Shown here in pieces: positions 10,251 through 17,508 of a stretch of 42,004 bases of DNA. The position numbers and the translations under genes were made by a program. Source of the DNA: an uncultured Oscillospiraceae bacterium. Its GTDB lineage: Bacteria; Bacillota; Clostridia; Oscillospirales; Ruminococcaceae. The stretch spans positions 1 to 42,004 of the forward strand of contig CAYWRQ010000003.1 of assembly GCA_964460915.1 (NCBI GenBank), in the 5' to 3' direction. The notes below the pieces were generated by a model. That model worked only from the letters and a program-made list of their open reading frames with translations, was not told where the DNA came from and did not search any database. Within the stretch, counting starts at the first letter, position 1, and every line of letters begins with the position of its first letter.

Positions 10251-10506
10251 CTGGTAGATTTCTCATACTTTGACAGATTCTGCGCCCTCTTTTCAGAAAA
10301 GCCGCTGTCTCAATTTTTACCAAACCCGCATAAACTGAAAATATCCCGAAATCCAGGGCATGATAATGCCACGCAGGCGGCAAAAACCGCTGCCTGACCG
10401 CTGCCAAAAATGCCAGGAACCGGAAAGGAACAGAGTGCGGGAGTTTCCTGCCATAGAATCGCTCTGGTTCCCGCCACCGGCGCCGTTCCTGTTCCAGACG
10501 GATAAA

Positions 10507-10538
10507 GAAAAAAGCTGTCCGGCGCGGGCAGCTTTTTT
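10507..10538. terminator. Rho-independent terminator ending the HydS signalling cassette
   Basis: Stem AGCTGTCCG / CGGGCAGCT (10513..10521 and 10525..10533) flanked by an A-run and a T-run. It begins 2 nt after the PHP gene stop. Confidence 0.8.
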
Positions 10539-10539
10539 C

Positions 10540-11259
10540 TTATTCACCATATCCATCCCGGAAGAGCCTCAAAACCTCTCCAATCGATAATTCCGCCAAT
10601 TCCATTTCCGATGCCGTATGGGCGGAGAGGACCTCCAGCGCATGGGCATCCGAATCGGTAATGATCCGATACTTCTCGTCTCCAGGCGGGACAAAACCCT
10701 TTTTGATCCCGTTCGGGCTGATCTCAACGGTCTTCACTTCCAGCTCGGGCGGAATCATGCCGAGATTGGACAAAACCGAGTAAGAGGACTTGTCGATATG
10801 CGCCGGGACCGGTACGCCGCCGTACCCGCGCACCCTCTTAAACACCTCGTTGATGGAAAAGCGGGTCGCGTTGATGAGCAGCTTGTCCAGTTCCCCGATC
10901 GGGTTATCTTCCTCATCCAAAATCCGCTGAGTGCCAAAAATATTCGGCTTGTTCCGCACCGGCGGTAGCGCCTCATAAAGCTCCTCTCCCATGGCCAGAG
11001 CCGTCTCCAAATCGGGGAAAAGGGAAAGGATATGCGCTTCCTCCGCCGTTGTAATCTCAATCGCCGGAATCAGCAGGATACCGGCCTCCTCCGTCAGCTT
11101 CTGCACAGCCGGGAGCTGACGGGCCGTATTGTGATCCGCGACGGCGATCATCGGAAGTTCCAGAATTTGTGCCATCCCTACAATATTGTTCGGCGTCATC
11201 TCCTCATCCCCGCAGGGAGAAAGGCAGGAATGGATATGCAGATCGTACGGAATCAGCAA
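10540..11259 (-). CDS. PHP-domain phosphoesterase (putative protein phosphatase of the HydS cassette)
   Basis: N-terminal DLHIHSCLSPCGD is typical of PHP metal-binding motif 1, followed by later ADHN and HID motifs. Proposed TTG start at 11259, preceded by GGAAGGAG and overlapping the upstream stop by 7 nt. The longer ORF to 11325 lies inside the upstream gene. Confidence 0.7.
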   Translation of the reverse strand: MLIPYDLHIHSCLSPCGDEEMTPNNIVGMAQILELPMIAVADHNTARQLPAVQKLTEEAGILLIPAIEITTAEEAHILSLFPDLETALAMGEELYEALPPVRNKPNIFGTQRILDEEDNPIGELDKLLINATRFSINEVFKRVRGYGGVPVPAHIDKSSYSVLSNLGMIPPELEVKTVEISPNGIKKGFVPPGDEKYRIITDSDAHALEVLSAHTASEMELAELSIGEVLRLFRDGYGE

Positions 11260-11591
11260 AGCCCCAACTCCTTCCCAAGCTTTAAAGCAACCGCAAAGCT
11301 TGGCCCATCGCTTTCGAGGACGCAAACATCCTGCTGCTCCGCACGGGAGCGGCTCATATCGTCAAAATGAATCCCTTCGCACAGGATTACACAGGCCACA
11401 TCCGCCAGTACGGCAACCGCAATCGTATTCACATTGGCCATGACCGTTACAAAGGCGTCGTTTTCCTTTGCGCGCCCCATAACCATACTGAGCAGGTCAC
11501 AGCAGTACGCGCCCTCAATCTGGCGCTCTTCCCCACAGCCAACATTCACAACCCGCAGGCCGTGTTTTTCAGCAAATTCAATTGGCGTCAT
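11253..11591 (-). CDS. Single-domain DRTGG protein (second copy)
   Basis: 112 aa. The pattern CCDLLSMVMGRAKENDAFVTVMANVNTIAVAVL...VCVLESDGPSFAVALKLG matches the stand-alone DRTGG family. The ATG at 11591 overlaps the hydS stop by 14 nt. Confidence 0.7.
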   Translation of the reverse strand: MTPIEFAEKHGLRVVNVGCGEERQIEGAYCCDLLSMVMGRAKENDAFVTVMANVNTIAVAVLADVACVILCEGIHFDDMSRSRAEQQDVCVLESDGPSFAVALKLGKELGLC

Positions 11592-12870
11592 CCGGTTTTT
11601 CCCCCTTTTCTTCCGTACGGAACGGAGCCGGTACATAATTCTTATACCGGAAAATACAATCATCAATCGACGCCAGCCCGCGCACGACGTCCTCCGCCAG
11701 CGCACGGCAGGACGGTGCACCGCAGGACCCGCAGTCCAGACCCTCCAGCGACTGGTAAATCTCCTCTACCTGCTCCATCTTCAGCATCGCTTCCCAGACA
11801 TCCTCGTCCAGTTTCAGCACCGGCACAAATTCCAGCGGCGTATCCCAATTCAGATCGCTGTCGATGATATCCGAGTTTTCCAGATGGTTTAAGCTGACCG
11901 GCAGGTGCTTCCGGATACGGTACAGCTTTGTCTTGGCAACATACGGGTTTTCAACATTCAAGACGCCGCCGACACATCCGCCCGCGCAGGCGTTCAGCTC
12001 GATAAAGTCCACGTCTCGGAACTTCTCGTCCTCCAAATCCTCCAGCACGCGGATCACGTTTTCAATGCCGTCCGCCGCCAGATAGTTGTCATTGATCAGC
12101 CCGGAGCACTCGCCGCCGCTGCTGCCCCAGGAAAGGCCGATCTTCCCGGACTCCGAAATATCCTTGGGCGAATCTTCTTTCATGAACGGGAGCAGCTTGG
12201 AATAGATATCGCTGACGGCGACAACGCCGTCTACCCAGCTCTTTTCCGTCCCCAGCGGCATTTTCGTCGCGGTCACCTTTGCCGGGCAGGGGGAGATAAA
12301 AATCGCGCCGATCTGTTCCAGCGGAAGGCCGGTTTTTTTCGCCGCCGCCCGTTTCGCCATCCGAGCCGCAACCTCAATCGGGGCGTGGAGCGGCAGTACC
12401 TGGTCGATCATCCCCGGGAAACGGACCCGGATCAGCCGCGTGACGGCCGGGCAGGCCGAACTGATAACCGGCTTTATCAGCTTACCGGAATTCATCATCT
12501 GCCTGGTGGCGGCCGAAACGATTTCCGCCGCCTTGGCTACCTCAAATACCTCGTCGAATCCAAAGTCCGTGAGCGCGTTCAGGACAATGTCCACATCTTC
12601 TAGGTTATTAAACTGCGCCATAAAGGACGGCGCGGGAAGGGCGATGGTATACGAAAAATTGTGAAGGATATCCAGACTGTCGCAGGTCGCGCGCTTTGCG
12701 TGATGCGGGCAGACCCGGATACATTCACCGCAGTCAATACATCGTTCGGCGATTATGTATGCCTTTTTGTTACGCACCCGGATCGCTTCGGTCGGACAAC
12801 GCTTGATGCAGTTGATGCACCCTTTACATCGGTCACGATCCAGCGTTACCGAGTGGAAAAACTCCTGCAT
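11578..12870 (-). CDS. hydS: Sensory-type [FeFe]-hydrogenase homologue (HydS-like, no PAS domain)
   Basis: N-terminal 2x[4Fe-4S] ferredoxin motifs (CKGCINCIKRCP, CIDCGECIRVCP). The H-domain motifs are variant: SSACP in place of TSCCP, SPCPAK in place of MPCxxK, and ACAGGCVGG in place of CxxGCxxGGG. A C-terminal CGSCGAPSC-x16-C motif is present. AGGAGG lies 8 nt before the ATG. Confidence 0.8.
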   Translation of the reverse strand: MQEFFHSVTLDRDRCKGCINCIKRCPTEAIRVRNKKAYIIAERCIDCGECIRVCPHHAKRATCDSLDILHNFSYTIALPAPSFMAQFNNLEDVDIVLNALTDFGFDEVFEVAKAAEIVSAATRQMMNSGKLIKPVISSACPAVTRLIRVRFPGMIDQVLPLHAPIEVAARMAKRAAAKKTGLPLEQIGAIFISPCPAKVTATKMPLGTEKSWVDGVVAVSDIYSKLLPFMKEDSPKDISESGKIGLSWGSSGGECSGLINDNYLAADGIENVIRVLEDLEDEKFRDVDFIELNACAGGCVGGVLNVENPYVAKTKLYRIRKHLPVSLNHLENSDIIDSDLNWDTPLEFVPVLKLDEDVWEAMLKMEQVEEIYQSLEGLDCGSCGAPSCRALAEDVVRGLASIDDCIFRYKNYVPAPFRTEEKGEKPDDAN

Positions 12871-12943
12871 AATAAGTACCTCCTGTTCTATATAAAATAG
12901 GGAAAGAGCGTATTCCCCTCTGTCATTTTTTCAAAAGAATCGA

Positions 12944-12968
12944 CTGCCTCCCGGTCTTAGGGAGGCAG
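12944..12968 (-). other. Intra-operon hairpin between the kinase gene and hydS
   Basis: Perfect 9-bp stem CTGCCTCCC / GGGAGGCAG with a 7-nt loop. On the minus strand it is followed by TCGATTCTTTTG. Confidence 0.5.
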
Positions 12969-13002
12969 AAGCGATACGAAAGTTTATATCAATCAGAACC
13001 AA

Positions 13003-13440
13003 TCATGCTTTTGCCGACTTTCCGATATAGACGGTCATATAAACCGTCGTACCGACGCCAACCGTGGATTCAATCCGCATTTCATCCGTATTTTTTTTCA
13101 TATTCGGCAGGCCCATGCCCGCGCCGAAGCCAAGCGAACGCACTTCATCCGCCGCCGTGGACCAGCCGGCCTGCATCGCCTGCTCGATGTCGGGAATTCC
13201 CTTCCCTTTGTCCGCCAGGATCATATCGATCCGGTCTGGGGACATTTCAATTGTAATGGTACCGCCTTTGGCATGGATGACCATGTTGATCTCCCCTTCA
13301 TACAGGGCGATCGATACCTTGCGAATCACCTCGGACGAGACGCCGAGCGCCCGCAGCTTTTTCTTCAAATTGGAAGAAGCCTCACCGGCACGGGTAAAAT
13401 CGCTGCCGTCTACCTCATACACCCACTTGAGCGCGCTCAT
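13003..13440 (-). CDS. RsbW/SpoIIAB-like serine protein kinase (HATPase_c-only, anti-sigma-factor type)
   Basis: 145 aa with N-box EGEINMVIHA, G1 DKGKGI and G2 GFGAGMGLPN. The ATG at 13440 is preceded by GGGGAGGGA and overlaps the upstream DRTGG gene by 26 nt. Confidence 0.75.
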   Translation of the reverse strand: MSALKWVYEVDGSDFTRAGEASSNLKKKLRALGVSSEVIRKVSIALYEGEINMVIHAKGGTITIEMSPDRIDMILADKGKGIPDIEQAMQAGWSTAADEVRSLGFGAGMGLPNMKKNTDEMRIESTVGVGTTVYMTVYIGKSAKA

Positions 13441-13798
13441 CTGATTTCCCTCCCCGCAGACCGTTTTCCCAAAGCAGCCCGCAGGCTGTAAACATACGGT
13501 GGTGGGTCGAGAGCAAAACCATCCCCCGCCGCTGTGCCAACGCAATCATATCTTCATCCGGCTTCTTGCCCCGGACGAAGACAATACATACCATATCCAT
13601 CATATCCGCCGTACGGACGGTCTGGATATTGACCAGGCCCGTCAGCAGCACCGCCTGATCCTTCACATAGGCCAGCACGTCGCTCATCATGTCGGAACCG
13701 CATGCCTCATGGACCTCCGTATCCAGACAATCCTCTCCACAAATGATCTCCGCATCCAAAACACGCATTACATCCTGAACATTCATTGAAATACTCAT
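13415..13798 (-). CDS. Single-domain DRTGG protein (first copy)
   Basis: 127 aa. The pattern GSDMMSDVLAYVKDQAVLLTGLVNIQTVRTA...VLLSTHHRMFTACGLL is typical of small DRTGG proteins. The start could be the ATG at 13798 or the ATG four codons downstream. Confidence 0.7.
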   Translation of the reverse strand: MSISMNVQDVMRVLDAEIICGEDCLDTEVHEACGSDMMSDVLAYVKDQAVLLTGLVNIQTVRTADMMDMVCIVFVRGKKPDEDMIALAQRRGMVLLSTHHRMFTACGLLWENGLRGGKSDERAQVGV

Positions 13799-13980
13799 TC
13801 CTTTCTCGTTTTACTGGGTATATGCCCCTACCCTATGGGGAATTTCAAATCCCGTTTCCAGATACAAATCGATTTTCCGCTGCCGCAAACGTACCATGCC
13901 CATATGTAGTCTCGTACAGCATATGCCATATAATTTTCTATATGGGCTGATTTAATAAAAATCTTTTTGTACTGCTTACT

Positions 13981-14009
13981 ATTATATACGATTTCCTGAA
14001 TATATGCAA
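13981..14009 (-). promoter_or_regulatory. Candidate promoter of the HydS cassette
   Basis: On the minus strand: TTGCAT (14009..14004), a 17-nt spacer, then TATAAT (13986..13981). This implies a leader of about 175 nt. Confidence 0.55.
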
Positions 14010-14104
14010 TAGATTTAATGACCATAAAAACTTTTTTGTCAAACCTGTTCAAAATTTAACGGAAAGGTTGTATAACCATAATACTAGAATTTCTCAAAAA
14101 GTTA

Positions 14105-14113
14105 TGGTATACT
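14105..14113 (+). promoter_or_regulatory. Candidate extended -10 promoter of the hydrogenase structural operon
   Basis: TGgTATACT at 14105..14113 with no good -35. This implies a leader of about 115 nt. Confidence 0.4.
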
Positions 14114-14236
14114 TATATAAAAGCATATGTGTATTTCGACCATAGAAGTGCCGTTGCTTGCCGGACAACCGACGTGGTGGCCGGCGTTCTTTTCGGTTAT
14201 GTATCCCCGCATTCAAACCATAAGGAGGTTTATCTT

Positions 14237-14734
14237 ATGTCCAACAAAAAGCCCGGCGTCCTTTTTAAGGATACACCGGAACAAAAGCAGAAACTCGAAG
14301 AGATCATCGCGGCGCACAAAGACCAGCCCGGTGCGCTGATGCCGATCCTTCAACAGGCACAGGAGCTGTACGGATATCTTCCCATTGAGATCCAGACCAC
14401 CATTGCACAGGCCTTGGATATCCCGCTGGAAGAGGTATACGGCGTTGTAACCTTTTACGCGCAGTTCTCCCTCTATCCCAAGGGACAGTATAAGATTTCC
14501 GTATGTCTGGGCACCGCCTGCTATGTAAAAGGCTCCGGCACCATTTATGATAAGCTTCAGCAGATCCTTGGCATCAGCGGCGGCGAGTGCACACCGGACG
14601 GCAAGTTTTCGCTGGAGGCGTGCCGTTGCGTCGGCGCTTGCGGCCTTGCTCCCGTTATGACCGTCAACGACGAGGTTTTTGGTAAGCTCGTTCCCGACGA
14701 TATCGAGGGGATCCTCGCGAAATTCGGCGCTTAA
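14237..14734 (+). CDS. hydC: NuoE-like [2Fe-2S] subunit of NAD(H)-linked [FeFe]-hydrogenase (HydC)
   Basis: Thioredoxin-like 2Fe-2S motifs CLGTAC and CRCVGAC. The ATG at 14237 is preceded by AAGGAGG. The upstream part of ORF 14129..14734 has no RBS. Confidence 0.88.
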   Translation: MSNKKPGVLFKDTPEQKQKLEEIIAAHKDQPGALMPILQQAQELYGYLPIEIQTTIAQALDIPLEEVYGVVTFYAQFSLYPKGQYKISVCLGTACYVKGSGTIYDKLQQILGISGGECTPDGKFSLEACRCVGACGLAPVMTVNDEVFGKLVPDDIEGILAKFGA

Positions 14735-14758
14735 TTTTCTAGAAAGGACTGTGCCGTT

Positions 14759-15301
14759 ATGCAGGAACTCTCTTTAAATGTTTTGGATATTGCACAGAAT
14801 TCGGTCCGTGCCAAAGCGTCTTTGGTAACGATCTCTGTAACACAGCGCACAAGCGACCACTACTTGGAGATTTCTATTGCTGATGACGGCTGCGGTATGT
14901 CGGAAGAACAGGTTGCCCGGGTAATTGATCCGTTTTTTACAACCCGTACGACCCGTAAGGTTGGACTTGGCGTCTCTTTCTTTAAAATGTCGGCAGAGGC
15001 CACCGGAGGCGATTTTTCCATCCAATCGAAGCTTGGCAAGGGCACCGTTACGACTGCCAGCTACCATACCGATCACATCGATATGCTGCCGATTGGCGAT
15101 ATGAACGAGACCATCCATACCCTAATCACGATGAATCCCGATATGGATTTTGTTTATCAGCGTACGCTGGATGATAAAACCTTTACTTTGGATACCCGGG
15201 AGCTGAAAGCGGTTCTCGAAGATATCCCCCTCAATTCTCCTGAGGTTTCCCTCTTTATTCAGGAAACCCTGGCAGAAGGGGAAGCGGAATTAACGACTTA
15301 G
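14759..15301 (+). CDS. HATPase_c-only protein (histidine-kinase-like ATPase without a sensor or His-phosphotransfer domain) embedded in the hydrogenase operon
   Basis: N-box-like LDIAQNSVRA, G1 DDGCGM and G2 GLGVSF, followed by a roughly 75-aa C-terminal region I do not recognise. Confidence 0.75.
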   Translation: MQELSLNVLDIAQNSVRAKASLVTISVTQRTSDHYLEISIADDGCGMSEEQVARVIDPFFTTRTTRKVGLGVSFFKMSAEATGGDFSIQSKLGKGTVTTASYHTDHIDMLPIGDMNETIHTLITMNPDMDFVYQRTLDDKTFTLDTRELKAVLEDIPLNSPEVSLFIQETLAEGEAELTT

Positions 15302-15324
15302 TATACAGAAAGGATAGATTTGTT

Positions 15325-15705
15325 ATGAAGAGTTTGGAAGAACTTAGAGCAATTCGGGATCGCGCGAAAAACGGCGTGCATCTGCGGAAAGAAAATTCTC
15401 CCGACAGCATCCGTGTCGTCGTCGGTATGGCGACCTGCGGTATCGCCGCCGGTGCAAGACCGGTTTTGACCGCGTTTACCAATGAGGTAGCCAAACGGGA
15501 TTTGCAAAATGTTATGGTTACCCAGACTGGATGCATTGGCCTTTGCCAGTATGAACCCATCGTTGAGGTGTATGAGCCCGACGGAAAAGTAACCACTTAT
15601 GTAAAAATGAACGCGGATAAGGTTGGACGCATTGTTACCGAGCATCTGGTCAACGGAAATGTTGTTGATGAATACACCATCGGCAGTCTCGGCAAATTAA
15701 AATAA
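15325..15705 (+). CDS. Small thioredoxin-like ferredoxin-fold subunit (HydD-like)
   Basis: 126 aa. It resembles the N-terminal 2Fe-2S domain of HydB (GCIGLCQYEP versus GCFGLCALGP) but contains only three Cys in total. Confidence 0.65.
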   Translation: MKSLEELRAIRDRAKNGVHLRKENSPDSIRVVVGMATCGIAAGARPVLTAFTNEVAKRDLQNVMVTQTGCIGLCQYEPIVEVYEPDGKVTTYVKMNADKVGRIVTEHLVNGNVVDEYTIGSLGKLK

Positions 15706-15717
15706 GGAGGCAACTTC

Positions 15718-17508
15718 ATGTATCGTTCTCATGTCCTGGTTTGTGGAGGCACTGGGTGTTCCTCTTCCAACAGCCAGCAAATCATCGACGCACTGGAAAC
15801 TGAAATCGCCGCAGCCGGTCTGTCCGACGAAGTTAAAGTCGTAAAAACCGGTTGCTTTGGCTTGTGTGCACTCGGCCCGATTATGATTATCTATCCGGAA
15901 GGCTCCTTCTATTCGGAAGTCAAGCCCTCCGACGTTCCGGAAATTGTCCAGGAGCATCTGCTCAAAGGCCGTATTGTAAAACGTCTGCTTTACCAAGAGA
16001 CCGTTCAGGAAAGCAACAACGTCAAATCCCTGAACGAGACGCAGTTCTATGCAAAACAGAACCGTGTCGCACTGCGCAACTGCGGCGTTATCAACCCTGA
16101 AAACATTGAAGAATACATAGCTGTTGACGGTTATGCGGCTCTGGGCAAGGTTCTGACCGAAATGACCCCCCAGCAGGTTATCGACACCATCCTCGCTTCC
16201 GGCCTGCGCGGACGCGGCGGCGCTGGCTTCCCAACCGGCAGAAAATGGGCTTTTGCCGCTGCAAACCAGGCTGACCAGAAGTACGTCTGCTGCAACGCCG
16301 ACGAAGGCGACCCCGGTGCGTTCATGGACCGTTCCGTCCTGGAAGGCGACCCCCATGTTGTATTGGAAGCAATGGCAATCGCAGGCTACGCAATCGGTGC
16401 TTCTCAGGGCTATATCTATGTCCGTGCAGAGTACCCGATCGCTGTTCACCGCCTGCAGATCGCAATCAAACAGGCAAGAGAATACGGCCTTTTGGGCAAG
16501 GATATCTTCGGCACCGGCTTTGACTTTGACATCGACCTCCGTCTCGGCGCCGGCGCATTCGTCTGCGGCGAGGAAACCGCTCTGATGACCTCGATCGAAG
16601 GCCACCGCGGCGAACCCCGTCCCCGTCCTCCCTTCCCTGCCGTTAAAGGCCTGTTCCAGAAACCCACCATTCTGAACAACGTTGAGACCTACGCAAACGT
16701 TCCGCGCATCATCCTCAACGGCGCAGACTGGTTTGCTTCGATGGGTACGGAAAAGTCCAAGGGCACGAAGGTATTCGCCCTGGGTGGCAAGATCAACAAC
16801 ACTGGCCTGGTCGAAGTTCCGATGGGCACCACCCTGCGCGAGATCGTCGAAGAAATCGGCGGCGGCATCCCCAACGGCAAGAAATTCAAGGCGGCGCAGA
16901 CCGGCGGTCCTTCCGGCGGATGCATCCCGGCCGAGCACCTCGATATCCCGATCGACTATGACAACCTGATCTCGATCGGCTCGATGATGGGCTCCGGCGG
17001 CCTGATTGTTATGGACGAGGACACCTGTATGGTCGATATTGCGAAGTTCTTCCTCGAATTCACTGTCGACGAATCCTGCGGTAAGTGTACTCCCTGCCGA
17101 GTCGGTACCAAGAGATTGTATGAGATGCTTGATAAGATTACCCGTGGTGAAGCAACCATGGAGGATCTTGATAAACTGGAAGAACTCTGCTATTACGTAA
17201 AAAATAATTCTTTGTGTGGCCTCGGCCAGACTGCCCCGAACCCGATCCTGTCTACCCTGCGGTACTTCCGCGATGAATATGTCGCGCATATTGTAGACAA
17301 GACTTGCCCGGCAGGCGTCTGCAAGCACCTGATGAAATACACCATTGATCCTGCCAAGTGTAAGGGGTGTACGCTTTGTGCACGCAACTGCCCTGTCGGC
17401 GCAATCAGCGGTACAGTCAAACAGCCTCATGTCATCGATTCGGCTAAGTGCATCAAGTGCGGAGCCTGCATGGAGAAGTGCAGATTCGGCGCGATCAGCA
17501 AGAAATAA
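15718..17508 (+). CDS. hydB: NuoF-like FMN/NAD(H)-binding subunit of [FeFe]-hydrogenase (HydB)
   Basis: N-terminal 2Fe-2S motifs (VCGGTGC, GCFGLC), FMN site GRGGAGFPTGRKW, CNADEGDPGAF, 4Fe-4S motif ESCGKCTPCR and a C-terminal 2x[4Fe-4S] region (CKGCTLCARNCP, CIKCGACMEKC). Confidence 0.93.
   Translation: MYRSHVLVCGGTGCSSSNSQQIIDALETEIAAAGLSDEVKVVKTGCFGLCALGPIMIIYPEGSFYSEVKPSDVPEIVQEHLLKGRIVKRLLYQETVQESNNVKSLNETQFYAKQNRVALRNCGVINPENIEEYIAVDGYAALGKVLTEMTPQQVIDTILASGLRGRGGAGFPTGRKWAFAAANQADQKYVCCNADEGDPGAFMDRSVLEGDPHVVLEAMAIAGYAIGASQGYIYVRAEYPIAVHRLQIAIKQAREYGLLGKDIFGTGFDFDIDLRLGAGAFVCGEETALMTSIEGHRGEPRPRPPFPAVKGLFQKPTILNNVETYANVPRIILNGADWFASMGTEKSKGTKVFALGGKINNTGLVEVPMGTTLREIVEEIGGGIPNGKKFKAAQTGGPSGGCIPAEHLDIPIDYDNLISIGSMMGSGGLIVMDEDTCMVDIAKFFLEFTVDESCGKCTPCRVGTKRLYEMLDKITRGEATMEDLDKLEELCYYVKNNSLCGLGQTAPNPILSTLRYFRDEYVAHIVDKTCPAGVCKHLMKYTIDPAKCKGCTLCARNCPVGAISGTVKQPHVIDSAKCIKCGACMEKCRFGAISKK

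Noticed and set aside
13828-14052. A 74-aa minus-strand ORF in the AT-rich divergent promoter region.
   Set aside because: It is AT-rich with Lys, Ile and Tyr-heavy composition and has no RBS. It spans the predicted promoter and leader of the sensory cassette.
14036-14054. A Rex-operator-like sequence, TTGTCAA-ACCTG-TTCAAAA, in the hyd control region.
   Set aside because: The half-sites resemble the Rex consensus TTGTGAA-N4-TTCACAA, but the spacer is 5 nt rather than 4 and the right half-site is imperfect. The sequence also lies upstream of both candidate promoters rather than over them. It is not convincing without a genome-wide motif model.
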